Assembly: GCA_963716935.1 (NCBI GenBank)
Contig: CAVQUN010000002.1
Span: 149,830 to 213,829 of the forward strand
DNA from: an uncultured Actinomycetes bacterium
Lineage (GTDB): Bacteria; Actinomycetota; UBA4738; HRBIN12
Length of the DNA stretch: 64,000 nt
Reading direction: 5' to 3'
Positions 8,995-17,779 of this stretch are shown one piece after another (the first letter of the stretch is position 1; each line of letters begins with the position of its first letter). The notes under the pieces were generated by a model. It was not told where the DNA came from, made no database searches, and saw only the letters and a list, made by a program, of their open reading frames with translations. Both the position numbers and the translations under genes were made by a program.

Positions 8995-9999
8995 CTACGC
9001 GCGGTGCGACTCGGGCGAGCCGATCGCCCACAGGCCCTCGTCCGCCCACGCCCGCTCGATCGCGACGTCCGGATCGAAGCCTCGCGCGACGGCGAACCGC
9101 AGGGCGAGCAGCTGCACCCGGGCGACGAGCGGGATCTGGGCGAGCAACGGCGGCAGGTCGGCGGTCTCGACGACACGGGTGACCGGGACGCCCTCGGCCT
9201 CGGCGGCCCGGGCGACGCCGGTGACCAGGCCGTCCGAGTCCGGCGGCTCCACGAGCACGAGGCGGTCCTGCGCTCCGAGCGGCACCGCGTGCCCGTGGAG
9301 CAGGTACTCGATGTCGTAGCCCTCGCAGGGAAAGCGCGCGGCCTCCCGGACCTTCAGCGCGCCCTCGCGAGCGGTCACGGAGGCGGGGCCCTCGCCCGAG
9401 AGCACGAGCAACCGGGCGGGGGGCGCGAAGCCGTCGGTCCCCGGATCGGCGATCGCCTCGCGCACCGCGCCGGGGATCCTCGCGAGCGCGGCCGAGTCGA
9501 CCGCCTCGGCGCCGAGCTCGTTGGCGACCCGTGCGAGCAGCAGCAGCGCCGCGGTGTAGCTCACCGAGTACGTGTGCGAGCTCTCCTTCTCGACGGTCTC
9601 GAGCGCGCCCGGCATCTCACCCCCGATCCGCGTGATCGGCACCACGCCGAGGCCGGCGTGGATCGAGATGGTCCACGCGGAGCCGGCGTACGCCGTCTCG
9701 GTGCCGGCGTTGTGGCTGATGAGGATCAGGGTGTCGCGGGGATCGATCGGCGGCGCCCAGTTCACGAAGTGCATCGAGCTCATCGCGTGAGCGCCCCGGC
9801 CCGCGTCGTGGAACATCATCGCGCCGAGCTCGGCGGCGTGCTGGCTGGTGCCGGTCCCGACGAGCCAGATGCGATGGGACTGCCGGATGCCCTCGATGGT
9901 CTGATGGGGCAGCGGTTGCTCGAGCAATCGCGCGAGCTCGTCGGGCTGCGATTCGATCTGGCGTTGAAGCGCGGGCGAAGATGGGCGGACCTCGGACAT
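8995..9999 (-). CDS. SIS-domain sugar-phosphate isomerase/deaminase (GlmS C-terminal-like)
   Basis: IESQPDEL, VGTGTSQHAA, AREGALKVRE and EYLLHG tandem SIS motifs; no glutaminase domain. Confidence 0.8.
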   Translation of the reverse strand: MSEVRPSSPALQRQIESQPDELARLLEQPLPHQTIEGIRQSHRIWLVGTGTSQHAAELGAMMFHDAGRGAHAMSSMHFVNWAPPIDPRDTLILISHNAGTETAYAGSAWTISIHAGLGVVPITRIGGEMPGALETVEKESSHTYSVSYTAALLLLARVANELGAEAVDSAALARIPGAVREAIADPGTDGFAPPARLLVLSGEGPASVTAREGALKVREAARFPCEGYDIEYLLHGHAVPLGAQDRLVLVEPPDSDGLVTGVARAAEAEGVPVTRVVETADLPPLLAQIPLVARVQLLALRFAVARGFDPDVAIERAWADEGLWAIGSPESHRA

Positions 10000-10034
10000 C
10001 GCTCTGCCTCCGGCGGTCGCGGGTGTGACGGAGC

Positions 10035-10703
10035 CTAGAGCTTGCGCAGCACGGCCACCACCGTGCCGAGGATGCGTCCGCCCGGGTCCATCGGGAACGG
10101 CTCGAGCGCCGGGTTCTCGGGCACGAGCAGCACGCGGCCCTTCTGCCGCTTCAGCCGCTTGACCGTAGCCTCGTCCTCCGCCGGGCCGGGCAACAGGACC
10201 GCGACTACGTCGCCGTCCTCGGCCGACTCGCCGGCGCGGACGACCACGACGTCTCCGTCCAGGATGCCCGCGCCGGTCATCGAGTCTCCGCTCACCCGCA
10301 GGGCGAAGTGCTCGCCGCCGCCGGCGAACCCGATGGGGACCGTGAGGTACTCCTCGACGTGCTCGGCCGCGAGCACCGGGGCGCCGGCGGCGATCCGTCC
10401 GACGAGGGGCACGACGACGCCCTCCACCCGGGGCTCGGACAGGGTCATCGCGCGGGGCTTGGTGGGGTCCTTGTGGAGCAGCCCGCGCCGCTCGAGGTTC
10501 TCGAGCTGGGCGTGGACGCTGGAGGAGGAGGTCAGCCCCACGGCCTCTCCGATCTCGCGGACGGTGGGCGGGTAGCCGCGCTCGTGCACGGTCTGCGAGA
10601 TGAAGTCCAGGATCCGGCGCTGCCGATGCGTGAGCGGGGGGACCGAACGTCCCCCGGGAACGATCGCGGTCTTCCCCGTCTCGGCCTGTCCCGATACCGG
10701 CAT
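10035..10703 (-). CDS. lexA: SOS repressor LexA
   Basis: GYPPTVREIGEAVGLTSSSSVH HTH, IAAGAP cleavage site, GDSM serine, EATVKR lysine; RBS GGAGGAGG. Confidence 0.97.
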   Translation of the reverse strand: MPVSGQAETGKTAIVPGGRSVPPLTHRQRRILDFISQTVHERGYPPTVREIGEAVGLTSSSSVHAQLENLERRGLLHKDPTKPRAMTLSEPRVEGVVVPLVGRIAAGAPVLAAEHVEEYLTVPIGFAGGGEHFALRVSGDSMTGAGILDGDVVVVRAGESAEDGDVVAVLLPGPAEDEATVKRLKRQKGRVLLVPENPALEPFPMDPGGRILGTVVAVLRKL

Positions 10704-10754
10704 GTCGGTGCCTCCTCCTAGGCTGGCGACGGTAGCACGAGACCCGGGAGCGAG

Positions 10755-10768
10755 CAAACATATGTTCG
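10755..10768. promoter_or_regulatory. LexA (SOS) box 1
   Basis: CAAAC-ATAT-GTTCG, one mismatch to CGAAC-N4-GTTCG, upstream of lexA. Confidence 0.8.
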
Positions 10769-10784
10769 GTTTCGCCCTTGACCC

Positions 10785-10798
10785 CGAACGCGCGTTCG
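10785..10798. promoter_or_regulatory. LexA box 2, in the spacer of the LysM-gene promoter
   Basis: CGAAC-GCGC-GTTCG between TTGACC (10778-10783) and TAGGAT (10800-10805). Confidence 0.88.
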
Positions 10799-10811
10799 AT
10801 AGGATGCCGTC

Positions 10812-11102
10812 ATGAGTCGAACGTCCGTTCGACGCCGGCGCCTCGCCCTAACCGTGTCCGCTGCGCTGATCGCGGGGGCCTGGGCCGGGCCGGTGGCGCG
10901 GGCCATCGGGAGCGGGGGAGAGCCCGTTCCGACGTCACGGTCCAGCTACGTCGTCCGCGGCGGGGACACCCTGTGGTCCATCGCCGAGCGGCTGGCACCC
11001 GGGCGCGACCCGCGTCCGCTCGTGGACGCCATCGCAACGGCCAACGAGGTCGATCCGGGCGCGCTCGTTCCGGGGACGACCCTCGTGATCCCCGCGGGCT
11101 AG
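10812..11102 (+). CDS. LysM-domain membrane protein, probable SOS cell-division inhibitor (ChiZ/DivS/YneA-like)
   Basis: TM segment plus [13 protein letters not shown] LysM motif; divergent from lexA with SOS boxes. Confidence 0.85.
   Translation: MSRTSVRRRRLALTVSAALIAGAWAGPVARAIGSGGEPVPTSRSSYVVRGGDTLWSIAERLAPGRDPRPLVDAIATANEVDPGALVPGTTLVIPAG
10818..10831. promoter_or_regulatory. LexA box 3, inside the LysM coding sequence
   Basis: T-CGAAC-GTCC-GTTCG-A spanning codons 3-7. Confidence 0.8.
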
Positions 11103-11725
11103 GGCCGCAGCGCCACCGGCTCCGGCACGCCGACCAGCGCCCTGCGGGTCACGACCTCGTCGACCAGACCGTACGCGAGCGCCTCGTCCGGCCCGAGGAT
11201 GAAGTCCCGCTCGGTGTCCTCGTGGATCCGCTCGACGGTCTGGCCCGTGTGCTCGGCGAGCAGCTCCTCGACGCGTAGCCGCTGGCGAGCGATCTCGCGC
11301 GCGTGGATCTCGATGTCGGCGGACTGTCCCTCGACCCCGCCGTGGGGCTGGTGCAGCAGCACGCGCGAGTTCGGCAGCGCGAACCGTTTGCCGCGGGTGC
11401 CCGACGCGAGGATCACCGCCGCCGCCGACGCCGCCTGCCCGAGGCAATACGTCGCGACGTCGGACTTCAGGAACTGCATCGTGTCGTAGATCGCGAACAG
11501 CGCCGTGGACGAGCCGCCCGGGCTGTTCACGTAGAGCGAGACGTCCTTGCCCGGCTCGACCGAGTCGAGGAACAGGAGCTGCGCGACGACCGTGTTCGCC
11601 ACGGCGTCGTCGATCGCCTCGCCGACGAACACGATGCGCTCGCGCAGGAGCCGGGAGTAGACGTCGAACGCCCGCTCCCCGCGGGCGGTCTCCTCGATGA
11701 CGGTCGGGACCAGCGTGCCGGCCAT
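11099..11725 (-). CDS. clpP: ATP-dependent Clp protease proteolytic subunit (orphan paralogue)
   Basis: [26 protein letters not shown] (Ser), LLHQP (His), DTERD (Asp). Confidence 0.93.
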   Translation of the reverse strand: MAGTLVPTVIEETARGERAFDVYSRLLRERIVFVGEAIDDAVANTVVAQLLFLDSVEPGKDVSLYVNSPGGSSTALFAIYDTMQFLKSDVATYCLGQAASAAAVILASGTRGKRFALPNSRVLLHQPHGGVEGQSADIEIHAREIARQRLRVEELLAEHTGQTVERIHEDTERDFILGPDEALAYGLVDEVVTRRALVGVPEPVALRP

Positions 11726-11748
11726 GGCGGATCCTTTCGGGCTAGGAT

Positions 11749-11809
11749 GCAACCGTGCGGTTGCGCCAAGCCTACGGGGAAGCCGACTCAAAGGCAACCG
11801 AGAAGTTGC
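11749..11809. promoter_or_regulatory. Two palindromic operator-like sites between clpP and the SRPBCC gene
   Basis: GCAACC-GTGC-GGTTGC (11749-11764) and GCAACC-GAGA-AGTTGC (11794-11809). Confidence 0.65.
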
Positions 11810-12180
11810 GTAACTCGGAACGCCCGCCGGTCACCCGGGAGATCCTGCTCCCCGCGACGCGCGCGGAGGTCTGGGTCGCGCTCACGAGCGTCGAGCTCTC
11901 CTCGAGGTGGCTCGGCGACGTGATCGAGCTGGAGCCCCGCCCGGGCGGCGCGGTCCTCGTCCGCGACGCCGACGGCATCCTGCGCCGAGGGCTCGTCGAG
12001 CTCGCCGAGCCGGAGGAGGTGCTCGTGCTCCGGTGGCGGCGCCTCGAGGATGCGGGGGGATCGCTCGCCGTGGGCGCGGCCTCTCGCGTGACGTTCCGCC
12101 TCGAGGACGACGGGCCGGCCACCCGGCTCGTGGTGGTCGAGGAGCCCGCGGCGCTCGTGGCTTCCCGGGAGGGTCCGTGA
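11806..12180 (+). CDS. SRPBCC/AHSA1-domain protein (start uncertain)
   Basis: [22 protein letters not shown] and [20 protein letters not shown] pattern; coupled to an ArsR gene. Confidence 0.8.
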   Translation: MRNSERPPVTREILLPATRAEVWVALTSVELSSRWLGDVIELEPRPGGAVLVRDADGILRRGLVELAEPEEVLVLRWRRLEDAGGSLAVGAASRVTFRLEDDGPATRLVVVEEPAALVASREGP

Positions 12181-12509
12181 CCGAGGAGCGGGTCGACGCC
12201 GTCTTCTCGGCGCTCTCGGACCCGACGAGGCGGGCCGTGATCCGGAGCCTGTCCGAGGACGGGCCGAGCACGGTGACCGAGCTCGGCGACCGGCTCCCGG
12301 TCACCCGTCAGGCCGTTGCGAAGCACCTGGACGCGCTCGAGGAGGCGGGCCTCGTGTCCTCGGTGACCGAGGGGCGGAGCCGCCGGTACACCCTCACGCC
12401 CCGTCCGATGACGGAGGCGATGGGGTGGATGGCCGACGTCGGCGCCGAGTGGGACGAGCGCCTCGGCTCGCTCCTTCGGCTCTTCGAGCGGCGCCAGGGC
12501 GGCGGTTGA
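12177..12509 (+). CDS. ArsR/SmtB-family transcriptional regulator
   Basis: VFSALSDPTRRAVI, VTRQAVAKHLDALEEAGLV. Confidence 0.9.
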   Translation: MTEERVDAVFSALSDPTRRAVIRSLSEDGPSTVTELGDRLPVTRQAVAKHLDALEEAGLVSSVTEGRSRRYTLTPRPMTEAMGWMADVGAEWDERLGSLLRLFERRQGGG

Positions 12510-12542
12510 CCCATCATCGGCCTGCCCGTACGGTCTGGCCGA

Positions 12543-12558
12543 CCACCACATCTTGGGG
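12543..12558. promoter_or_regulatory. NrdR box upstream of nrdR (possible autoregulation)
   Basis: CCACCACATCTTGGGG, nearly identical to the box at 13042. Confidence 0.65.
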
Positions 12559-12566
12559 CGGAGCGC

Positions 12567-13040
12567 ATGCGGTGTCCGTGGTGCGGACAGACCGACGATC
12601 GGGTCGTCGACTCGCGACCGGCGGAGCGCGACGAGGCCATCCGGCGTCGCCGCGAGTGCGTCTCGTGCGGGCGGCGGTTCACGACCTACGAGCGCGTCGA
12701 GGAGCTCGGGCTGATGGTCGTCAAGCGTGACGGGACGCGGGAGCCGTGGAACCGGGGCAAGGTCCTCGCGGGGATCCGCAAGGCGCTCACGAACCGTCCC
12801 GTGAGCGAGGAGCAGGAAGCCATGCTCGTCGCCCGGGTGGAGGCGCGCCTGCGCCGCAAGGGCCCCGAGGTCACGTCCCAGCAGGTCGGGCTCGAGGTGC
12901 TCCAGGGCCTCCAGAAGCTCGACCAGGTGGGCTACCTGCGGTTCGCGAGCGTCTACAAGGACTTCCAGGAGGCGGGCGACTTCGAGCGCGAGCTCGGCCG
13001 CCTGCAGAAGAAGGAGCCCGCAAAACCGCGTTTGCGCTGA
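12567..13040 (+). CDS. nrdR: Transcriptional repressor NrdR
   Basis: CPWC..DSR..RRRREC..C zinc ribbon, ATP-cone VVKRDG, YLRFASVY. Confidence 0.97.
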   Translation: MRCPWCGQTDDRVVDSRPAERDEAIRRRRECVSCGRRFTTYERVEELGLMVVKRDGTREPWNRGKVLAGIRKALTNRPVSEEQEAMLVARVEARLRRKGPEVTSQQVGLEVLQGLQKLDQVGYLRFASVYKDFQEAGDFERELGRLQKKEPAKPRLR

Positions 13041-13041
13041 A

Positions 13042-13089
13042 CCACAACATCTTGTGGTCGACACTCCATCGAACCACTAGATATCCTCT
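13042..13089. promoter_or_regulatory. Tandem NrdR boxes upstream of nrdJ
   Basis: CCACAACATCTTGTGG (13042-13057) and CCACTAGATATCCTCT (13074-13089), with starts 32 bp apart. Confidence 0.75.
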
Positions 13090-13195
13090 TTCTCAGCCTT
13101 GACTCGGGTCATCGCCGGGTGTTGAATCACAGCCCTGTAGTTCTGCACAGAACGTCCACAGTGGTGGAAAACAGGGATGGGAAAGGGGGGTGGCC

Positions 13196-15934
13196 GTGGC
13201 CACGAAGGAGGGGGACGTGCGGGTCGTCCGCGAGGGCGGACTCACGTTCAGGCGGTACTTCACCAGGGACGGGGTGCACCCGTTCGACGACATCGAATGG
13301 GAGCAGCGCGACGCCGTCATCCCGAACTACAAGGAGGGCGGCAACGCGTTCGAGCAACGGGACGTCGAGTTCCCGGTCTCCTGGTCCCAGAACGCGACGA
13401 ACATCGTCGCGCAGAAGTACTTCCGCGGCCCCCTCGGCAGCCCGGAGCGCGAGTCCAGCGTCCGACAGCTCGTCGGCCGCGTCGTCGACACCATCACCGG
13501 CTGGGGCCGCAAGGGCGGCTACTTCGCGAGCGACCACGACGCCCAGGTCTTCGCGGAGGAGCTCTCCCACCTGCTCGTGAACCAGAAGGCGGCCTTCAAC
13601 TCGCCGGTGTGGTTCAACCTGGGCGTGCCCAACACCGCCCAACAGTGCAGCGCGTGCTTCATCCTGGCCGTTGACGATCAGATCTCCTCGATCCTGAACT
13701 GGTACGCGGAGGAGGGGGTCATCTTCAAGGGCGGATCCGGCTCCGGCATCAACCTGTCCACGCTTCGCTCGTCGAAGGAGCGCGTGAACGGCGGGGGCAC
13801 GGCCTCGGGGCCGGTCAGCTTCATGCGCGGCGCCGACGCGAGCGCCGGCACCATCAAGTCCGGCGGCAAGACGCGCCGCGCGGCCAAGATGGTGATCCTG
13901 AACGCCGACCACCCGGACGTCCGCGACTTCATCTGGTGCAAGGCCCACGAGGAGCGCAAGGCGCGGGCGCTTCGCGACGCCGGGTTCGACATGGACCTGG
14001 ACGGCCGGGACGCCTACTCGATCCAGTACCAGAACGCGAACAACTCGGTCCGCGTGACCGATGAGTTCATGAAGGCCGTCGAGCAGGACCAGGACTGGAA
14101 GCTGAAGGCCGTCCTGTCCGGCGAGACCGTGGAGACGGTTCGCGCGCGCGCCCTCATGCGGGAGGTCGCCGAGGCCGCGTGGGAGTGCGCCGATCCCGGC
14201 ATGCAGTACGACACGACCATCAACGAGTGGCACACGTGCCCGGCGACCGGCCGAATCAACGCCAGCAACCCGTGCTCGGAGTACATGCACCTCGACAACA
14301 GCGCCTGCAACCTCGCCTCCCTGAACCTGATGAAGTTCGTCGACGCCGACGGCACGTTCGACGTGAAGGCGTTCCGCAAGGCCGTCGACGTGGTGTTCAC
14401 CGCGCAGGAGATCGTGGTCGGCAACTCCGACTACCCGACGCAGAAGATCGGCGAGAACGCGCGGGCGTTCCGCCAGCTCGGCCTCGGGTACGCGAACCTC
14501 GGCGCGCTGCTCATGGCGCGAGGGCTGCCGTACGACTCGGACGCCGGACGGGCGTGGGCGGGGGCCATCACCGCGCTCATGACCGGGCAGGCGTATCGGA
14601 CCAGTGCGCGGATCGCCGAGGTCATGGGCCCGTTCGACGGCTACGAGCCGAACGCCGACGCGATGCTGCGCGTGATGCGCAAGCACCGCGCCGCCGCCGA
14701 CGGGATCGACGGCGAGCACGTGCCGGAGGCACTCCTGTCGGCGGCCAGGCAGTCCTGGGACGACGCGATCGCGTTCGGGGCCAAGCACGGGTTCCGCAAC
14801 TCGCAGGCGACGGTGCTCGCGCCGACCGGCACCATCGGCCTGATGATGGACTGCGACACGACCGGCATCGAGCCCGAGCTCGCGCTCGTGAAGACGAAGA
14901 AGCTCGTCGGCGGCGGGACGATGCAGTTCGTGAACCAGACGGTGCCGCGGGCGCTCGAGCGTCTCGGCTACGCCGCCGAGGAGATCGACGACGTCGTGGC
15001 CTACATCGCCGAGCACAACTCGGTCGCCGACGCGCCGCATCTCAAGCAGGAGCACTACGCCGTGTTCGACACCGCGATGGGCGCCGAGCCCATCCACTAC
15101 ATGGGACACGTGCGCATGATGGCGGCGGCCCAGCCGTTCATCTCGGGTGCGATCAGCAAGACCGTGAACATGCCCGAGCACGTCACGGTCGAAGAGGTCG
15201 AGCAGCTGTTCGTCGAGTCCTGGAACCTCGGGCTGAAGGCCGTCGCGATCTACCGGGACAACTGCAAGGTGGCCCAGCCGCTGTCGGCGGACAAGAAGAA
15301 GTCGGCGGTCGCGCCGGAGCCGGCGGAGCTCCCGACGCCAGAGCGCAAGCGCCTGCCGCAGAGCCGGCCCTCGATCACGACGAAGTTCGAGGTCGGCGAC
15401 GCCGAGGGGTATATCACCGCCAGCAGCTACCCGGACGACGGGATCGGGGAGATCTTCCTGAAGACCTCGAAGCAGGGCTCGACCCTGTCGGGGATCACGG
15501 ACGCGTTCTCCATCGCGATCTCGATCGGACTGCAGTACGGCGTGCCGCTCGAGACCTACGCGGCCAAGTTCATCAACATGAAGTTCGAGCCGAGCGGCAT
15601 GACGAACGACCCGGACATCCGGTTCGCCACGTCGATCGTCGACTACGTGTTCCGCCGACTGGCGCTCGACCATCTGCCGAAGGAGCAGCGCGAGAACCTC
15701 GGGATCCGCTCGATCGAGGAGCGCAAGGAGACGGCCGCGGCGGAGGCGGCGGAGAGGCTGGGCGGCACGAGCGCGCCCGCCCCCGCGCCGGTGGAGACCG
15801 AGCCGGCGCCGGTCCCCAGGGCCGAGGCGCACGCAGCCGACGCCCCGCTCTGCTACTCGTGCGGCTCGAAGATGCAGCCCGCCGGCAGCTGCTACGTCTG
15901 CCCGAGCTGCGGCTCCACGAGCGGCTGCTCGTAG
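13196..15934 (+). CDS. nrdJ: Vitamin B12-dependent (class II) ribonucleotide reductase
   Basis: FNSPVWFN, QCSACFI, NASNPCSEY, APTGTI, C-terminal CYSC..CPSC; preceded by nrdR. Alternative GTG start at 13190. Confidence 0.96.
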   Translation: MATKEGDVRVVREGGLTFRRYFTRDGVHPFDDIEWEQRDAVIPNYKEGGNAFEQRDVEFPVSWSQNATNIVAQKYFRGPLGSPERESSVRQLVGRVVDTITGWGRKGGYFASDHDAQVFAEELSHLLVNQKAAFNSPVWFNLGVPNTAQQCSACFILAVDDQISSILNWYAEEGVIFKGGSGSGINLSTLRSSKERVNGGGTASGPVSFMRGADASAGTIKSGGKTRRAAKMVILNADHPDVRDFIWCKAHEERKARALRDAGFDMDLDGRDAYSIQYQNANNSVRVTDEFMKAVEQDQDWKLKAVLSGETVETVRARALMREVAEAAWECADPGMQYDTTINEWHTCPATGRINASNPCSEYMHLDNSACNLASLNLMKFVDADGTFDVKAFRKAVDVVFTAQEIVVGNSDYPTQKIGENARAFRQLGLGYANLGALLMARGLPYDSDAGRAWAGAITALMTGQAYRTSARIAEVMGPFDGYEPNADAMLRVMRKHRAAADGIDGEHVPEALLSAARQSWDDAIAFGAKHGFRNSQATVLAPTGTIGLMMDCDTTGIEPELALVKTKKLVGGGTMQFVNQTVPRALERLGYAAEEIDDVVAYIAEHNSVADAPHLKQEHYAVFDTAMGAEPIHYMGHVRMMAAAQPFISGAISKTVNMPEHVTVEEVEQLFVESWNLGLKAVAIYRDNCKVAQPLSADKKKSAVAPEPAELPTPERKRLPQSRPSITTKFEVGDAEGYITASSYPDDGIGEIFLKTSKQGSTLSGITDAFSIAISIGLQYGVPLETYAAKFINMKFEPSGMTNDPDIRFATSIVDYVFRRLALDHLPKEQRENLGIRSIEERKETAAAEAAERLGGTSAPAPAPVETEPAPVPRAEAHAADAPLCYSCGSKMQPAGSCYVCPSCGSTSGCS

Positions 15935-15949
15935 CCCGATCCGGAGCGC

Positions 15950-15981
15950 GGGCCGGGGGCCCCTCGAGGGGCCCCCGGCCC
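15950..15981. terminator. Perfect 32-bp palindrome after nrdJ
   Basis: GGGCCGGGGGCCCCTC-GAGGGGCCCCCGGCCC. Confidence 0.75.
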
Positions 15982-16005
15982 GTGCCGAACGATAGGCTCC
16001 CCGCG

Positions 16006-16377
16006 ATGGCGTACGAGGTCACCGGCATCCATCACGTCCAGCTCGCCATGCCGCCGCAGGAGGAGGAGGCGGGCAGGAAGTTCTACGGCGACCTGCTCGG
16101 CCTGCCCGAGGTGCCGAAGCCGAGCGAGCTCGCGCCCCGAGGCGGGCTCTGGTTCCGCTCGGGGTCGCTCGAGGTACACCTCGGCGTCGAGCGCGAGGAC
16201 TTCACGCCGGCCCGCAAGGCGCACCCGGCGTTCCAGGTGAACGGTCTCGACGAGCTGCGCGAGCGGCTCGGCGCGGCGGGCTACCGCATCGACGAGGACG
16301 TGCAGCTCGGGGGGTACCGGCGCTTCCACGTGCGCGATCCCTTCGGCAACCGGATCGAGCTCGTCGAGCCGGCGTGA
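16006..16377 (+). CDS. VOC/glyoxalase family protein
   Basis: IHHVQLAMP, FYGDLLGL, KAHPAF, DPFGNRIEL. Confidence 0.9.
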   Translation: MAYEVTGIHHVQLAMPPQEEEAGRKFYGDLLGLPEVPKPSELAPRGGLWFRSGSLEVHLGVEREDFTPARKAHPAFQVNGLDELRERLGAAGYRIDEDVQLGGYRRFHVRDPFGNRIELVEPA

Positions 16378-16814
16378 GCGCGCGGCTCTCTTTCACCCGG
16401 CTGCACCCCGACGCCGTGCTTCCCGAGCGGGCTCACCCCGGCGACGCCGGGCTCGACCTCCGCTCGATCGCCGAGCTCGAGGTCGCGCCGGGGGAGCGGG
16501 CGATGGTGCCGACCGGGCTCGCCGTGGCGATCCCCGAGGGTCACGCCGGGCTGGTGTTGCCGCGGAGCGGGCTCGCGACCAAGCAGGGGCTCACGCTCGC
16601 GAACGCGCCGGGGCTGATCGATGCGGGGTATCGGGGCGAGATCATCTGCGCGGTGATCAACCTCGACCCGACGACGCCGGTGCGGATCGCGCCGGGGGAC
16701 CGGGTGGCACAGCTCGTGATCGTGGCCCTGCCAGAGGTCGAGCCCCAGTGGGTGGACGAGCTCCCGCCCTCGACCAGGGGCGAGGGCGGGTTCGGCTCGA
16801 CGGGCACGTCCTGA
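16374..16814 (+). CDS. dut: dUTP diphosphatase
   Basis: AGLDL, PRSGLA, GLIDAGYRGEI, RGEGGFGSTG. Confidence 0.96.
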   Translation: MSARLSFTRLHPDAVLPERAHPGDAGLDLRSIAELEVAPGERAMVPTGLAVAIPEGHAGLVLPRSGLATKQGLTLANAPGLIDAGYRGEIICAVINLDPTTPVRIAPGDRVAQLVIVALPEVEPQWVDELPPSTRGEGGFGSTGTS

Positions 16815-16835
16815 CCAGCGACGATCGAGCGTCGG

Positions 16836-16864
16836 TTGAAGCCCTTGGACGGGCTCTCTAGACT
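16836..16864 (+). promoter_or_regulatory. Promoter of tRNA-Gly
   Basis: TTGAAG-N17-TAGACT. Confidence 0.7.
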
Positions 16865-16873
16865 CGGTCGTAC

Positions 16874-16949
<76 letters not shown>

Positions 16950-17027
16950 CTCGCACGACCCCCACGAAACCAGGGAGCGCCTCACCTTCACCGAGCTCCC
17001 AAGCACAAGACCGAGGCGGTCGTGCGG

Positions 17028-17756
17028 CTACGTGGAGCCGACGAACCGGACTGAATGCACGACCCGGTCCTCCTCGTCGCGCTGCGCCTGCGTCGTGTCG
17101 GGCGAGTAGCTGGCGTCGACCACCAGCCGCTGTCCGTTGACGTCGAGGACCCAGAGCCGATCGACCTGGCCTGCCATCAGCTGCCAGCGCTCGCCCACGC
17201 CTCCCGCGCCCACCCAGCTGACGAAGTTGCGACGTCCGTCTGGCTGAACGTCGCAGCCCGCGAAGTCCGAATCCCCGGTCACCACCATGTCGGCCGGCAC
17301 CGACCACTCGAGGTACTTCCCCTGGTACCCGGCGAGCGTCACGTCGGTCGGCTTTGTGGCGTGGCGCATCAACTGCGCCTCGAGCGCGGCGACGAGGTCA
17401 TCGACCGTGGGGCCGGGATCGTAGAGGTGCCCGATCGAGTGGCAGGGGTTCCGAGCGACCTCGCCGACGTCCCAGAAGCTGACGCCGAGCAGTCCTCCTC
17501 CTTCAGTGTCTTGCGTCAGGGCGAACCCCTTGAACAGGGTCCACGGAGGAGAGGGCGCCTCCACGGTGACCGTCGGGTGAGTGCCCGCTCCAATGAAGTT
17601 CGCCTGAATGGGCGTGACCCCGGTCGTCGATGACGGCCCGATCGTCGGGCTCGACGCGGATCCCGTCGTCGCACCGCTCGAGCAGGCGGCCGACAGGAGC
17701 AGCGCCAGCGAGAGCACCCATAGAGCGCTCGCCGGTCGGAACGGATATCTGGTCAT
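17028..17756 (-). CDS. Hypothetical lipoprotein
   Basis: Signal peptide with LSAAC lipobox, Ser/Thr linker, Cys-containing globular domain; RBS GGAGG. Confidence 0.7.
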   Translation of the reverse strand: MTRYPFRPASALWVLSLALLLSAACSSGATTGSASSPTIGPSSTTGVTPIQANFIGAGTHPTVTVEAPSPPWTLFKGFALTQDTEGGGLLGVSFWDVGEVARNPCHSIGHLYDPGPTVDDLVAALEAQLMRHATKPTDVTLAGYQGKYLEWSVPADMVVTGDSDFAGCDVQPDGRRNFVSWVGAGGVGERWQLMAGQVDRLWVLDVNGQRLVVDASYSPDTTQAQRDEEDRVVHSVRFVGST

Positions 17757-17779
17757 CCTCGATCCTCCTCTCCGTCGCG

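Noticed and set aside
13090-13195. Cobalamin riboswitch before nrdJ (also sought before the MetE-like gene)
   Set aside because: No B12-box or other riboswitch core was recognisable; the NrdR boxes explain nrdJ regulation.
13127-15832. Very long antisense or alternate-frame ORFs (e.g. 13127..15832, 1565..3901, 59032..62121, 56595..58988)
   Set aside because: They shadow well-supported genes, and long stop-free frames are expected at this GC content. Their translations carry no recognisable motifs.
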